This document shows, piece after piece, positions 1 to 10,183 of a stretch of 64,000 bases of DNA. The stretch is from the NCBI GenBank assembly GCA_963718665.1, contig OY970359.1, positions 2,272,001 through 2,336,000 on the forward strand, given 5' to 3'. Under the pieces are notes generated by a model. It was not told the DNA's origin. It searched no databases and was given only the letters and a program-made list of their open reading frames with translations. Every line of letters begins with the position of its first letter. The stretch's first letter is position 1. Made by a program: the position numbers and the translations under genes. This stretch comes from an uncultured Phycisphaerales bacterium. Its GTDB lineage: Bacteria > Planctomycetota > Phycisphaerae > Sedimentisphaerales > Anaerobacaceae.

Positions 1-306
1 CAGGATTGCCAAGAGCAGGGCCTGGAGCATAGAAAGGGCCTGTGTGGCGAGGATGATGCGGTAGCGATTCCAGCGGTCGGCCATAACGCCTGCAACGGGC
101 GCGAGAAGGAAGGCGGGAATTTGGGTTGCGAAACCGACCACGCCGAGGAGAACCTTCGAGCCTGTGAGGCGATATACCAGCCAGGGCAGGGCTATTTGCT
201 GAGTCCAGGTGCCGACGAGAGAGAGAATCTGACCCATGAAGAAAAGGCGATAGTTCCTGTATCGCAGGGAACGAAAGATAATCTGATGTTTTTTCAACTC
301 ATCCAC
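1..306 (-). CDS. MFS transporter, N-terminal part (runs off the window start)
   Basis: Not in the ORF track. Manual translation from GTG at 306: MDELKKHQIIFRSLRYRNYRLFFMGQILSLVGTWTQQIALPWLVYRLTGS...APVAGVMADRWNRYR, with MFS motif A (GxxADRxxR). Confidence 0.85.
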   Translation of the reverse strand, partial: MDELKKHQIIFRSLRYRNYRLFFMGQILSLVGTWTQQIALPWLVYRLTGSKVLLGVVGFATQIPAFLLAPVAGVMADRWNRYRIILATQALSMLQALLLAIL

Positions 307-392
307 TTTATGCTCACCGGCACCGGCAATATCTATGCCGGCTGTTTTTATTTATAATCATCGGTCATAACCAATAAATAGTCAATACGCAG

Positions 393-420
393 TTGCTCTT
401 AGTCGGTGCGGGTTTATAAT
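393..420 (+). promoter_or_regulatory. sigma70-type promoter of panE, very short leader
   Basis: TTGCTC-N16-TATAAT ending 10 nt before the ATG; no SD. Confidence 0.5.
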
Positions 421-430
421 CTTTGTCACG

Positions 431-1393
431 ATGAGAGTTTTGATTTATGGAGCCGGTGCGGTAGGTTTGGGTTTGGCGAGCTGTCTGCTGAAATCAGGCA
501 GCGAGGTTTACCTTATTGCCCGGCCGGATACTATTTGCGAGCTAAAACAGGGGGGCTTGAGCAGAACGGGCATATTCGGTTCTTTTAAAGCTGAGCGGGA
601 TTCCTTTACAGCGTATCAATCTTTGAATGAAATCAGGAATACGGTGTTTGATTTTATTCTTGTTTGCGTCAAGTCGTTTGATTCGGCCTTATCGGCGGAA
701 GATATTTCGAGGCATCCGGGTATTTTCAACGAGAATACAAAAATTGTTCTTTGTCAAAACGGCTGGGGCAACGCGGAGAAGTTTTTGGTGTATTTCCCGA
801 AAGAGCGCATTTACAGCGCACGGGTGATTACAGGATTTACACGGCGAAAACCCAACGAGGTTGAGATAACGGTTCACGCGGACGCGATTCATATCGGCTC
901 GCTTTTCGGCTGTGGACTTGAGTGCGTCGAGCCGATTGCCAGGGCAATAGCTGAAGGGGGGATTCCCACTGTAACCGTTGGTGATATTGAAAAGGACCTG
1001 TGGGCCAAGATGCTTTATAACTGCGCTCTTAATCCTCTTGGTGCAATTCTCGATGTTCCTTATGGTGTGCTGGCTGAAGATACTTACAGCAAGGACTTGA
1101 TGAATCGAATTGCCGGGGAGGTTTTCGCTGTTATGGGGGCGGCTGGTTTTAAGACGCACTGGGTGACATCGGACGATTTTCTGAAGGTTTTTTATGACAA
1201 GCTCGTTCCAGACACTGCCAAACACAAGTCATCGACTTTGCAGGATATCGCGGCAGGGAAAAAGACCGAAATCGAGGAATTGACCGGAGCAGTATTGATG
1301 CTGGCGGACAAGCACGGGGTTGATGTTCCTCATAATCGTGCGGTTTATGCGATAATAAAGTTTGTCGAGGCGAGGCGAAGCAGGCAATTTTGA
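431..1393 (+). CDS. panE: 2-dehydropantoate 2-reductase
   Basis: GAGAVG Rossmann motif, CVKS, CQNG, WAKMLYN, SSTLQD..GKKTEI motifs. Confidence 0.9.
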   Translation: MRVLIYGAGAVGLGLASCLLKSGSEVYLIARPDTICELKQGGLSRTGIFGSFKAERDSFTAYQSLNEIRNTVFDFILVCVKSFDSALSAEDISRHPGIFNENTKIVLCQNGWGNAEKFLVYFPKERIYSARVITGFTRRKPNEVEITVHADAIHIGSLFGCGLECVEPIARAIAEGGIPTVTVGDIEKDLWAKMLYNCALNPLGAILDVPYGVLAEDTYSKDLMNRIAGEVFAVMGAAGFKTHWVTSDDFLKVFYDKLVPDTAKHKSSTLQDIAAGKKTEIEELTGAVLMLADKHGVDVPHNRAVYAIIKFVEARRSRQF

Positions 1394-1521
1394 CAAATTA
1401 TCAACACCTTGCCTATTTTAAAGCGGGCAATAAAACGCTTATCGTGTAAAAAGACACTTGACAAAAGCGGGCTTTTTCAAGAAAATATAGCATAGTTGCC
1501 GATTGAATAAGGGGTGGGTTT

Positions 1522-2046
1522 ATGAGGCCGATGAAACTGACTAAACGAGTGCCGAGTGGCAGAGAAAAAGACCAGGCAGCCATAATCAAGCTTGAGCAGC
1601 TTCGTGAGAAGGTGTATTGCGATAATCCTTCTGTTGCGCGTCATGCGTCGTTTAACCTGTCGTGGATGCAGGAGGACGGATACGATATTCTCAAGGAAGC
1701 ATTATTCAGCACGGCTTGCAGGGCGACGAAAGGAGCGGCGGCATACGGTCTTCGCAAGATGCGGGGCAGGATGAAGAAGAACGGGATAGCCCTCCTTATA
1801 GAGGGGCTTAAACATTCCAATGAGGGGACACGTCAGGTTTGTGCGCGGGCATTGTTGCTGGAAAAAGAATCGAAGGAACAGGCGGCTCAGCAACGGCAAC
1901 AACCGCAGCAGCCGGATTCACAGCCGAAATTCAAGCCGAAATTTAAGCCGCAGTTCAAGATTTCTGAAATATCTCACAAATCGATGCGGGAAAGGCCCAG
2001 AAGCGGCAGAGAAAATCCGCCTCACGCTTCGAGATTTAACCGGTAA
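1522..2046 (+). CDS. hypothetical protein, HEAT/PBS-like helical repeats with Q/P/K-rich tail
   Basis: Repeating patterns LKEALFS...KGAAAYGL and LIEGLKH...RQVCARAL; upstream TTGACA at 1458. Confidence 0.6.
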   Translation: MRPMKLTKRVPSGREKDQAAIIKLEQLREKVYCDNPSVARHASFNLSWMQEDGYDILKEALFSTACRATKGAAAYGLRKMRGRMKKNGIALLIEGLKHSNEGTRQVCARALLLEKESKEQAAQQRQQPQQPDSQPKFKPKFKPQFKISEISHKSMRERPRSGRENPPHASRFNR

Positions 2047-2199
2047 AACTGACCCCCACCTCAGGCCCACCACACCGACGGCGGGTAAACGTGGTAGCTA
2101 ATCCTATAACTGGTTGAAATGGCACGTCCTATTTCGTAATATGTTTCCCGATTGACTATTTTATCACTATTCGTCGATTCTTAAATGCGGGAGACGATT

Positions 2200-3741
2200 A
2201 TGACATATTTAGCAGTTCCGATAGCAGCCAAGACATTGCAGGAAGCCGAGGAGCAGATACAGGCCGCGGTTGTTGCAGGGGCGGAACTTCTCGAATTACG
2301 CACGGATTATCTCGTGCAATTATCCGTTGAGCTTGCCCTTGGGGTTATCAAGGCGGCCAGGCAGCTTGCCCCGGGACTGCCGATTATTGTTACCTGCCGG
2401 GATTATCAGCAGGGGGGGATGCTTCGTCATCCGAATGATTTGCGAACGAACGTTCTTACCGCGGCGGTTCGGGCGGGGGCGGATTTCATCGACGTCGAAT
2501 ATGAGAATTTTATATCGGTGGCAATCGGCAGCAAAATATCGCTTGCGCTTTCGGCGGGGAGAGGGACGCGGTTGATTCTGTCGGACCATAACTTCCAGAC
2601 GAAATTCAAGAATATCACCAAGCATTACTGGGAGATTGCCAACGTATTTGCCAGCGCGATACCCAAGCTGGTTTATTCGGCGCATCATATCAACGATTGT
2701 TTCGATATTCTGGATTTGCAGCATAGCGTCAAGGGCGAGATGATTGCGTTTTGTATGGATGAGCCGGGGTTTGTGACGAGGATTTTAACCAAAAAGTTCA
2801 ACGGCCTTGTTACATTTGCCAGTATCGGCGAAAAGACAGCGACGGCGCCGGGTCAGCCGACAGTTGAGCAGATGCGAGACCTTTATCGATGGGATTCGAT
2901 AGACGCGCAAACGGAGTTTTACGGCGTGATTGGTGACCCGATTGCGCATTCGTTAAGCCCCGCGGTTCATAACGCGTGCTTTGTCGAGCGGGGTTTGAAC
3001 AAGGTTTATGTGCCTTTGCTGATTGCTGGCGGGCAGGCGGAATTCAACGCGTTTATGGATAATATTTTCGCTCGGCCGTGGCTTGGTTTCAAAGGTTTTA
3101 GTGTTACAATTCCGCATAAAGAATACGCGATAAATTACGTCAAAGAAAAGGGCGGCGTTATCGATCCGCTCGCAAAAAAGATTGGCGCGGCCAATACAAT
3201 CATTATCAACGGCTCACAGTTGTCTGCATACAATACCGATTGCGTTGCTGCGATTGACGCGATAATCGCGGGGCTTGGTATCGATAAGGCCGGCCTGCGG
3301 AAAATGCCGGTCGCAATGATTGGCGCGGGCGGAGCGGCACGCGCGGTTGTCGCGGGTCTGGCGGACGCGGAAGCGAAAATAAAAATATATAACCGCACAG
3401 TCGAGCGGGCAAAACACTTAGCCGCGGATTTCAAATGTGATTACGCGTCATTAGACAGCTTACATAAGCTGAAAGAAAAACTAATCGTCAACTGCACCAG
3501 TATCGGTATGCATCCGCACGTTGATGCGTCGCCGGTTGATGTGAACCTATTGCAAAAGCATATGGCGGTCTTCGATACCGTTTATAATCCGCCTGAGACG
3601 CTGCTGTTGAAGCACGCAAAACAAACCGGCTGCCATATAATCTCCGGCGTAGATATGTTTATTAAACAGGCATCCGCACAATTCAAGCTATTCACAGGTA
3701 TTGCGCCAAATACTGAGACAATGCGAAAAGCCCTTTCATAA
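2200..3741 (+). CDS. aroE: bifunctional type I 3-dehydroquinate dehydratase / shikimate dehydrogenase
   Basis: N-half ELRTD, IDVE, LSDHNF, APGQ (AroD); C-half HSLSP..HN, SVTIPHK, GAANT, NTD, GAGGAA, NRT (AroE); GGGAG SD before ATG 2200. Confidence 0.92.
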   Translation: MTYLAVPIAAKTLQEAEEQIQAAVVAGAELLELRTDYLVQLSVELALGVIKAARQLAPGLPIIVTCRDYQQGGMLRHPNDLRTNVLTAAVRAGADFIDVEYENFISVAIGSKISLALSAGRGTRLILSDHNFQTKFKNITKHYWEIANVFASAIPKLVYSAHHINDCFDILDLQHSVKGEMIAFCMDEPGFVTRILTKKFNGLVTFASIGEKTATAPGQPTVEQMRDLYRWDSIDAQTEFYGVIGDPIAHSLSPAVHNACFVERGLNKVYVPLLIAGGQAEFNAFMDNIFARPWLGFKGFSVTIPHKEYAINYVKEKGGVIDPLAKKIGAANTIIINGSQLSAYNTDCVAAIDAIIAGLGIDKAGLRKMPVAMIGAGGAARAVVAGLADAEAKIKIYNRTVERAKHLAADFKCDYASLDSLHKLKEKLIVNCTSIGMHPHVDASPVDVNLLQKHMAVFDTVYNPPETLLLKHAKQTGCHIISGVDMFIKQASAQFKLFTGIAPNTETMRKALS

Positions 3742-3774
3742 AAGGCGCATGGCGGCGAAATAATTTTCTGTTCG

Positions 3775-3802
3775 TTGTATTGGCGGGTGGTTGTGGTATA
3801 AT
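3775..3802 (+). promoter_or_regulatory. extended -10 promoter of the MNT-like gene
   Basis: TTGTAT-N16-TATAAT with TGn immediately before the -10. Confidence 0.6.
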
Positions 3803-3824
3803 GATGATGAAGGCGGTGAAAAAT

Positions 3825-4136
3825 ATGAACAGTCACGTAGAGATACATAGAGAAAGAATAGAAGCGTTTTGTCAGCAGCACAATGTTTGCGAACTTGGGC
3901 TTTTCGGTACGGTTCTTCACGATGATTTTCGCGCCAACAGCGGAATCGGGGTGCTGGTCGGTTTTAAGCAGGAACATATGCCCGAATCAGTCAAACTGGG
4001 CGAAATGCAGGATGAACTGGCGAAGATATTCGGTCAGAATGTTGACCTTGTGGAGCGTCAGGCCGTGGAGAAAAGCGAGAATTATATCCGCCGACGGCAT
4101 ATCCTCAAAGCCATTGAGCCGATTTACGCAGGTTAA
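3825..4136 (+). CDS. minimal nucleotidyltransferase (MntA-like) protein with degenerate active site
   Basis: IEAFCQQHNVCELGLFGTVLHDDF..SGIGVLV.F, then EL..IFG..VDLV and NYIRRRHIL: typical MNT antitoxin pattern, but DxD reads GIG. Confidence 0.8.
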   Translation: MNSHVEIHRERIEAFCQQHNVCELGLFGTVLHDDFRANSGIGVLVGFKQEHMPESVKLGEMQDELAKIFGQNVDLVERQAVEKSENYIRRRHILKAIEPIYAG

Positions 4137-4282
4137 AGCGAGCAAAGCCGGCCCATCCTTAAAATCAATGCCGATAGGGCGTTTTCATATCAGCATAAAA
4201 CTTTGCTAAAAGTTACTGTCATTGTCTTTCAATAACCAAATGTGTATAATCCCCGTTTTGATAACATTAATTGAGGACGAAA

Positions 4283-5503
4283 ATGGCGAAGAAAGAAAAG
4301 GTAGTATTGGCGTATAGCGGCGGGCTGGATACGAGCGTTATTTTGCCCTGGCTGAAAGAGACGTATGGTTATGATACAATCGCGTTCGCGGTGGACTTGG
4401 GGCAGGGCGATGAGCTTTCGGGTATAAAGAAGAAGGCGCTCGCAAGCGGCGCATCGAAATGTATCGTCAAGGATTTGCGAAAGGAGTTCGTCGAGGAATA
4501 CCTCTGGCGGCTGCTAAAATCCGGGGCGATTTATGAAAATGGATATTTACTCGGGACGAGCATTGCGCGTCCCCTGATTGCAAAATATCAGGTTGACGTT
4601 GCTCACGCGGAAGGGGCTATGGGCGTTGCTCACGGTGCGACAGGCAAGGGCAATGACCAGGTGCGTTTCGAGCTGACGTATATGGCGCTTGACCCGACGC
4701 TGAAAATCATCGCGCCGTGGAAAGACCCTAATTTTAAATTGACCAGTCGCGAGGCGGCGGTTGATTACGCGAATAAGCACGGGATACCGATTGACCAGAG
4801 CAAAAAGAAGATATATTCGCGCGACCGGAATATCTGGCACATCAGCCACGAAGGTGCGGACCTCGAAGACCCGGCGAATGAGCCGAAAGATGAGCTGTGG
4901 GTGATGTCAGAGCCGGTTTCGAAGGCGCCAAATAAGCCGGATTACGTGGAGATTGGTTTTGAGCAGGGCGTTCCTGTTAAATTGGACGGCAAAGCGACCG
5001 ATAGTGTGAAGCTTCTTGAAACGCTGAACGAAATTGGCGGCAAGCACGCGGTGGGGCAGATTGATTTGGTCGAGAACCGTTTAGTCGGAATGAAATCGCG
5101 CGGGGCATACGAGACGCCAGGCGGGACGATTTTGATGACGGCTCACAAGTCGCTGGAGACGCTGACGCTCGACCGCGAGACGGCACACTATAAGCAACAG
5201 GTATCGCTGAAATACGCGGAGATGGTTTACTATGGCCAGTGGTTCTGTCAGTTGCGCGAGGCGCTCGACGCCTTTATCGATGTTACTCAGCAAAACGTTA
5301 CAGGCACGGTGCGGGTGAAACTTTTCAAGGGCCGGTGCACGCCTGCGGGAGTGAAAAGCCCGTTCAGCTTGTATAGCGGCGCTTTAGCCAGCTTCAAAAT
5401 GGGCGCGGAATACAACCAGACCGACGCGATTGGTTTTATTCGGCTGTTTGGTTTGCCGATGCAGGTTGCGGGCGCGGTGCGCAGGAATACTAAAAAGAAA
5501 TAA
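4283..5503 (+). CDS. argG: argininosuccinate synthase
   Basis: LAYSGGLDTS, HGATGKGNDQVRFE, ENRLVGMKSRG.YETPGG. Confidence 0.97.
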   Translation: MAKKEKVVLAYSGGLDTSVILPWLKETYGYDTIAFAVDLGQGDELSGIKKKALASGASKCIVKDLRKEFVEEYLWRLLKSGAIYENGYLLGTSIARPLIAKYQVDVAHAEGAMGVAHGATGKGNDQVRFELTYMALDPTLKIIAPWKDPNFKLTSREAAVDYANKHGIPIDQSKKKIYSRDRNIWHISHEGADLEDPANEPKDELWVMSEPVSKAPNKPDYVEIGFEQGVPVKLDGKATDSVKLLETLNEIGGKHAVGQIDLVENRLVGMKSRGAYETPGGTILMTAHKSLETLTLDRETAHYKQQVSLKYAEMVYYGQWFCQLREALDAFIDVTQQNVTGTVRVKLFKGRCTPAGVKSPFSLYSGALASFKMGAEYNQTDAIGFIRLFGLPMQVAGAVRRNTKKK

Positions 5504-5520
5504 GCAGTGAGCGGCGATAA

Positions 5521-6765
5521 ATGCAGGGAAGCGAAATAGTAATGCCGATGTGGTTCTGGATAGTATTTCTTTTTGCTATCGGCTGTTGCGTCGGCAGTTT
5601 TTTGAACGTCGTTGTTTATCGGGTTCCTCGCGATAAGTCGCTCGTAAAGCCAGCGTCGGCATGCCCGTCCTGTGGAAAGCACATTCGGTTTTACGATAAC
5701 ATACCGCTTTTTTCCTGGCTGGTTTTGGGGGGCAGATGCCGGTATTGCAAGACGCGGATTTCGCCGAGGTATTTTGTTATCGAGATGCTGACGGGCCTTG
5801 TTTTTGTCGGCACATTTTTTCTTTTCTTTAATTCCGGATTGCGTCACGGGATACCGGCGTTTTTATCAGGCGGCTGGATTCTGTACCTGATTTCCGTTGT
5901 TATGCTTTCCGCGCTTATCGCGTGCTCGGCGATTGACCTGGAGATGTGGATTATCCCGTTGTCTATCTGCTGGTTCGCAACTGCGGGGGGGCTGATTGGC
6001 GGGGCGGTTGCGCCACTGCTCATTCATCCGGCGACCATTCGCCATTATTTCCTGCTGCCTACAACCACCGATTTAATATTTGTCAACCATACCACGGTTG
6101 CCTCTTTGTCCGTTGGGGCGACAATCGGGCTGGGCATATCGATGTTGCTGCTGGTAACGGGAATTATAAAGAGAAGTTACGATTTTTCCGGGATTCAGGA
6201 TTTGTCTGAAAATTCTCAAAATTCTGAAAAGCCGACCGGCTCATCCCCTCAACCGGGTTTGGGGCAGGATAATTCGTCCTCTGATGTGGAGTTTAATGAC
6301 CGCATTGAGATGTTACGGGAAATGCTTTTTCTGCTTCCCATAATCGTATGCGCGCTGGCTGTTAACCGGCTTTTGGGCGGGTATTCGCCGCTGCATCATT
6401 GGTGGGTGGTTTTTTCGCAAAGGCCTGTCGTTGAAGGGTTTATGGGAAGTTTGGTGGGGTATTTTGTGGGCTGTGCGGTTGTCTGGGCGACGCGGATTTT
6501 TGGCACACTGGCATTCGGGAAGGAGGCGATGGGGTTAGGCGACGTTCATTTGATGGGTGCGGCAGGGACTGTAATCGGGCCTTTGTTTATAATTATCGCT
6601 TTTTTTGTTGCGCCGTTTTTCGGACTTATTTGGGCGGCGGTGCAAATGTTTTCAAAAAAAACCAGGCAAATTCCTTATGGTCCCTTCTTGTCAATGGGAA
6701 TAGTTGTTGCTATGATTTTTCACAATGGTATTATTGACTATCTGAAAGTTGTGTTTGGCAGATAA
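5521..6765 (+). CDS. pilD: type IV prepilin peptidase (A24) with insertions
   Basis: [20 protein letters not shown] Zn motifs, ID and GLGD catalytic Asp motifs, PYGPFL. Confidence 0.9.
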   Translation: MQGSEIVMPMWFWIVFLFAIGCCVGSFLNVVVYRVPRDKSLVKPASACPSCGKHIRFYDNIPLFSWLVLGGRCRYCKTRISPRYFVIEMLTGLVFVGTFFLFFNSGLRHGIPAFLSGGWILYLISVVMLSALIACSAIDLEMWIIPLSICWFATAGGLIGGAVAPLLIHPATIRHYFLLPTTTDLIFVNHTTVASLSVGATIGLGISMLLLVTGIIKRSYDFSGIQDLSENSQNSEKPTGSSPQPGLGQDNSSSDVEFNDRIEMLREMLFLLPIIVCALAVNRLLGGYSPLHHWWVVFSQRPVVEGFMGSLVGYFVGCAVVWATRIFGTLAFGKEAMGLGDVHLMGAAGTVIGPLFIIIAFFVAPFFGLIWAAVQMFSKKTRQIPYGPFLSMGIVVAMIFHNGIIDYLKVVFGR

Positions 6766-6803
6766 GAAAGGAATCGCTTTAATATTTTTAAGGAGGCACA
6801 GAA

Positions 6804-7463
6804 ATGCAGTTTACAAAGAGCAAAGTGGCGTTACTGGTTGCATTAATAGCTGTTACGATGTTATCCGGCTGCACCGACTGGAAAAAGAAATCCGATGCGC
6901 TGAACGTCGAGAACCAGAATACAAAAGGATTGCTGGAACGTGAGAAGGCGGAAAATAGCCAGATGGCCGACCAGCTCGCGAAAGACCAGCAGACCATTCA
7001 GGACCTGCAAAAACAGATTGTTGAAAGGAAGAGGAGCCCCGCTGACGCGACCGGATTCGGCGAGGGTTACGATGTGAGCTTCGATGCGAATGCCGGGACG
7101 ATTACGGTAACACTTCCGAACGCGATTTTGTTTGACCCGGGCAAGGCCACGCTGAAGGGCGCTACAAGTAAAGAGCTTGACCATATTTATTCGGTGCTGA
7201 AGGCCAAATACCCCGGCAGGCATATTGAAGTGGCGGGACATACTGATTCTGACCCGATCAAGAAATCAAACTGGAAGGACAACCTGGAGCTTTCCTCGCA
7301 GCGCGCGATGGCGGTTGCCAGATACCTTAAAGAAAAAGGTATTGCTGAGAACAAGATTGCGGCGACCGGCTATGGCGAAGGAAGACCAATCGCGACGAAT
7401 TCAACAGCGGCAGGCAAACAGAAAAACCGCAGGGTTGAAATTGTTGTTCATATGATGAAATAA
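6804..7463 (+). CDS. OmpA/MotB-family peptidoglycan-binding lipoprotein
   Basis: Lipobox LSGC, coiled coil, GHTD, NLELSSQRA, NRRVEI. Confidence 0.9.
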   Translation: MQFTKSKVALLVALIAVTMLSGCTDWKKKSDALNVENQNTKGLLEREKAENSQMADQLAKDQQTIQDLQKQIVERKRSPADATGFGEGYDVSFDANAGTITVTLPNAILFDPGKATLKGATSKELDHIYSVLKAKYPGRHIEVAGHTDSDPIKKSNWKDNLELSSQRAMAVARYLKEKGIAENKIAATGYGEGRPIATNSTAAGKQKNRRVEIVVHMMK

Positions 7464-7500
7464 CACAATCGGCCTGTTGCTGAAAATCTGCAGGATTACC

Positions 7501-7530
7501 AAAGCAGCCCGTTAATAAGCGGGCTGCTTT
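7501..7530. terminator. bidirectional intrinsic terminator
   Basis: AAAGCAGCCCG-N8-CGGGCTGCTTT(TCTTTT) between convergent genes, overlapping the comEC stop. Confidence 0.75.
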
Positions 7531-10091
7531 TCTTTTGCGGTTGTATTGATAATTCCCTGTTTATTTATACAGACAGTTATAGCCCCGTTTTTTCCGGTGT
7601 AGTACGATTTCAGTCCCGACCGCGGCCCGATGACCTGTCTTTTTTCATAAGAAGATTCGCTGCAACTTGCGATGGTAACAGCCGCGCCTATTTGGTCTAT
7701 GAATGTCGGCTCAGTGGTTTTGGCGGAGCCGTGGTGGGGCATTATTAAGACGTCGGCTTTGAGGTCAGGATACAGCCGGAAGATTTCATTTTGCGCAAGT
7801 TTTTCGATATCTGAAGTCGCGAGTATTTTCCTGCCAGCGTAATCAATCATCATCACAACTGATTTGTTATTTGCGTTGATTTTGTCGTCTTCATAAATTG
7901 CTTTATTTGGCCAGATGAGTTTGACTGTTGCCGGGCTGGTTATTGGAATTTTGTCTTCTACCGGTTTTATCTTAATACCTTTTCGTAGCAGTTCTTCACG
8001 GAGCAATTTAACTGTGGCTTTATTTTTTTGGTTTTCAGAGGAAAGGTCATCTGAGTAAATAGCATTTGTTTTACAGTTATCCAGCGTTTCGAGCAGGCCG
8101 TTAATGTGGTCGATCTCGGGATGGCTTATCACAACGGCGTCGATTGTTCTTATGCCGCTGTATCGCAGGAATGGCGTCACAACTCTTGTTCCCACGTCGC
8201 TTCTGCTCAATGAGCCGGCGTCGAACAGGATATTGACCCCACCCGGCAGTTGGGCCAGTATTGCCTGGCCGTGGCCTACGTCGAGAACTGTAACGGTTAG
8301 ATTATCCCCGTGCGTCCTTTGCCACCAGGGCAGCGCCAGCGAGACGACGAGTATGATGGTTGCTGTTACGCAAATGATATTTTTGAGTACCTGTCGGCGC
8401 AGGGGGAAGAAGAACGTGAGTATTGTCAATGTGTAGAATAATAAAATCACCGCGATGTTTGTTTTTCCCGTGAGCATTTCGGATATGTTCAGACCTGCGA
8501 AAAGTTTGACAATCCAAATCAGTAAATTTGACAGCCAGTTAATTATTATTCCCATCACCGCGGAAACGCTCGGCAAAAAGAACGCCACAATCAGTTTCAG
8601 GTATCCTAAAAGAGATATCAGTCCAATGAGCGGAGATACGAGCACCGTCCAGATGGTGGTGAGATACTGGATGCCGTAGAAGTGATACAACAGTATGCCG
8701 ACGTTTGCGAACCATGCGGCTAAACTTACTGCGAAGGCAGATGTGATAAGTGATACGATTTCAAAAATAACCCGGCTTGTCAGGTTTCGTTTTTCCGGCT
8801 CGGCGAACCAGCCGGAAGTTGTTTCGGTGAGGAAGTTTTGAACTGGTTTTGAAAACAGCAGGATGCCGAGGACTGAGACGAAAGAGAGCTGCCAGTCCGC
8901 CTGGAAGATACCTGTGGGTTTCATAAGCAGCAGGACGACAGCCGACAGGGCGAGAGAATTGAAAGGATTAGACCTTCGGCGGAATATGAACGAAGCGCAA
9001 AACGCGAAGCATATTACCGCGGCCCGTAATGCAGGCGCATTTTCCGGGACAACCATCAGGAAAAGTACGGCGGCAATAGTGCAAACAATCGCGCGGCCCG
9101 GCTTCATAAGGCCGGCGGTTTTGCAAACCCACCAGACGAATCCAATCACCATCGCAAAATTCATCCCCGAAAGGCAAACAAAGTGCAGCAAACCCGTTTT
9201 GCGAAAGGCGTTATAAGTTTCTTTGTCGATATTTGTCCTGTAACCCAGGACAAGGGCGAGGAGCAAGCTTTCCGATTGGTCCCGCGGATATGGTCCGCCC
9301 AAAAGCGAGTTAACAGCAATCCTGCTCAACCAAGATTTTGCTTTGGTATATAGCCCTGTGGTGCTGGCGCCGTTGCTTAATAGTTCGATTGCCTGTCTTG
9401 AATCTGCTGAGCCGGCGACAAAGACGCCATTGCGAGCCATATATTTGGCCATATCAAACTCGCCGGGATTGGCGGGGCCGTCAAATTTGTTCAGGATACA
9501 ATATATTTGGACACGGTCACCTTCCCGCAGGTCGAAAATCGGTTCATTGACCCTTACCCGGACAAGTCCGCTTGTTTTTACCCAGCCGGTGGTCGCTTCT
9601 GCTTCGGTAAGTTCCAGGTAAAAACTGCTGCTCTGGTCGGTGGGTGTGAATTTTGAGAATTTCCAGTCGTTGCTGTCGATATACGGCTCGGTAACAATCA
9701 CGCCTCGCACAGTTGCCAGGTTCGGCTTGCTGCCTACGAGATTTCGGATATCATTCGGCGGTGCGCTATTGAAGCTTGCCATGCGAATTGCTCCGAGACA
9801 GATGAAAAGGATAACTGTAAGGAAAGGTAGCGTAACGAGATTTTTTGTTCTCATCACGGGCCATATAATAAAAAGTACAGGTAACCCGATTAGTATTGCC
9901 GCGAAGGTTATCAGCAACGAAGACCAAACCTGAATCGGTGCGGGCAAATGGTCTTGTATGATTATTCCGGCAATGAGGCCAATAGCACAGAATACAAGCG
10001 GGGCTGTGCTGACGCTTTGCTTATAGTAATATGCCGGGCCTCGGTCGAACTGCCTGTCGATTTCCGCCAATTTTTGCTGTATGTTGTCCAA
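7512..10091 (-). CDS. comEC: DNA internalization competence protein ComEC/Rec2
   Basis: OB domain with NPGEFD, competence domain GLLH..LSG, C-terminal MBL domain DVGHG, SHPEIDH, PHHGS. Confidence 0.93.
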   Translation of the reverse strand: MDNIQQKLAEIDRQFDRGPAYYYKQSVSTAPLVFCAIGLIAGIIIQDHLPAPIQVWSSLLITFAAILIGLPVLFIIWPVMRTKNLVTLPFLTVILFICLGAIRMASFNSAPPNDIRNLVGSKPNLATVRGVIVTEPYIDSNDWKFSKFTPTDQSSSFYLELTEAEATTGWVKTSGLVRVRVNEPIFDLREGDRVQIYCILNKFDGPANPGEFDMAKYMARNGVFVAGSADSRQAIELLSNGASTTGLYTKAKSWLSRIAVNSLLGGPYPRDQSESLLLALVLGYRTNIDKETYNAFRKTGLLHFVCLSGMNFAMVIGFVWWVCKTAGLMKPGRAIVCTIAAVLFLMVVPENAPALRAAVICFAFCASFIFRRRSNPFNSLALSAVVLLLMKPTGIFQADWQLSFVSVLGILLFSKPVQNFLTETTSGWFAEPEKRNLTSRVIFEIVSLITSAFAVSLAAWFANVGILLYHFYGIQYLTTIWTVLVSPLIGLISLLGYLKLIVAFFLPSVSAVMGIIINWLSNLLIWIVKLFAGLNISEMLTGKTNIAVILLFYTLTILTFFFPLRRQVLKNIICVTATIILVVSLALPWWQRTHGDNLTVTVLDVGHGQAILAQLPGGVNILFDAGSLSRSDVGTRVVTPFLRYSGIRTIDAVVISHPEIDHINGLLETLDNCKTNAIYSDDLSSENQKNKATVKLLREELLRKGIKIKPVEDKIPITSPATVKLIWPNKAIYEDDKINANNKSVVMMIDYAGRKILATSDIEKLAQNEIFRLYPDLKADVLIMPHHGSAKTTEPTFIDQIGAAVTIASCSESSYEKRQVIGPRSGLKSYYTGKNGAITVCINKQGIINTTAKEKQPAY

Positions 10092-10183
10092 GTTCTCATC
10101 TTCCTAATAATTTATGGAAGTTTGGAAGGGTGTTTATAACCGGATATATTCCTTCAGTTTAAAGTTTGCTTCCGTTGTCGCCT

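Noticed and set aside
1885..1960. CAG-rich and 12-bp AAATTCAAGCCG repeats
   Set aside because: Short coding low-complexity repeats (QQP, KFKP) with no spacers; not CRISPR or a mobile element.
2120..2135. TGGCAC upstream of aroDE as a sigma-54 promoter
   Set aside because: The -12 position reads ATTTC rather than TTGC, so the conserved GC is missing.
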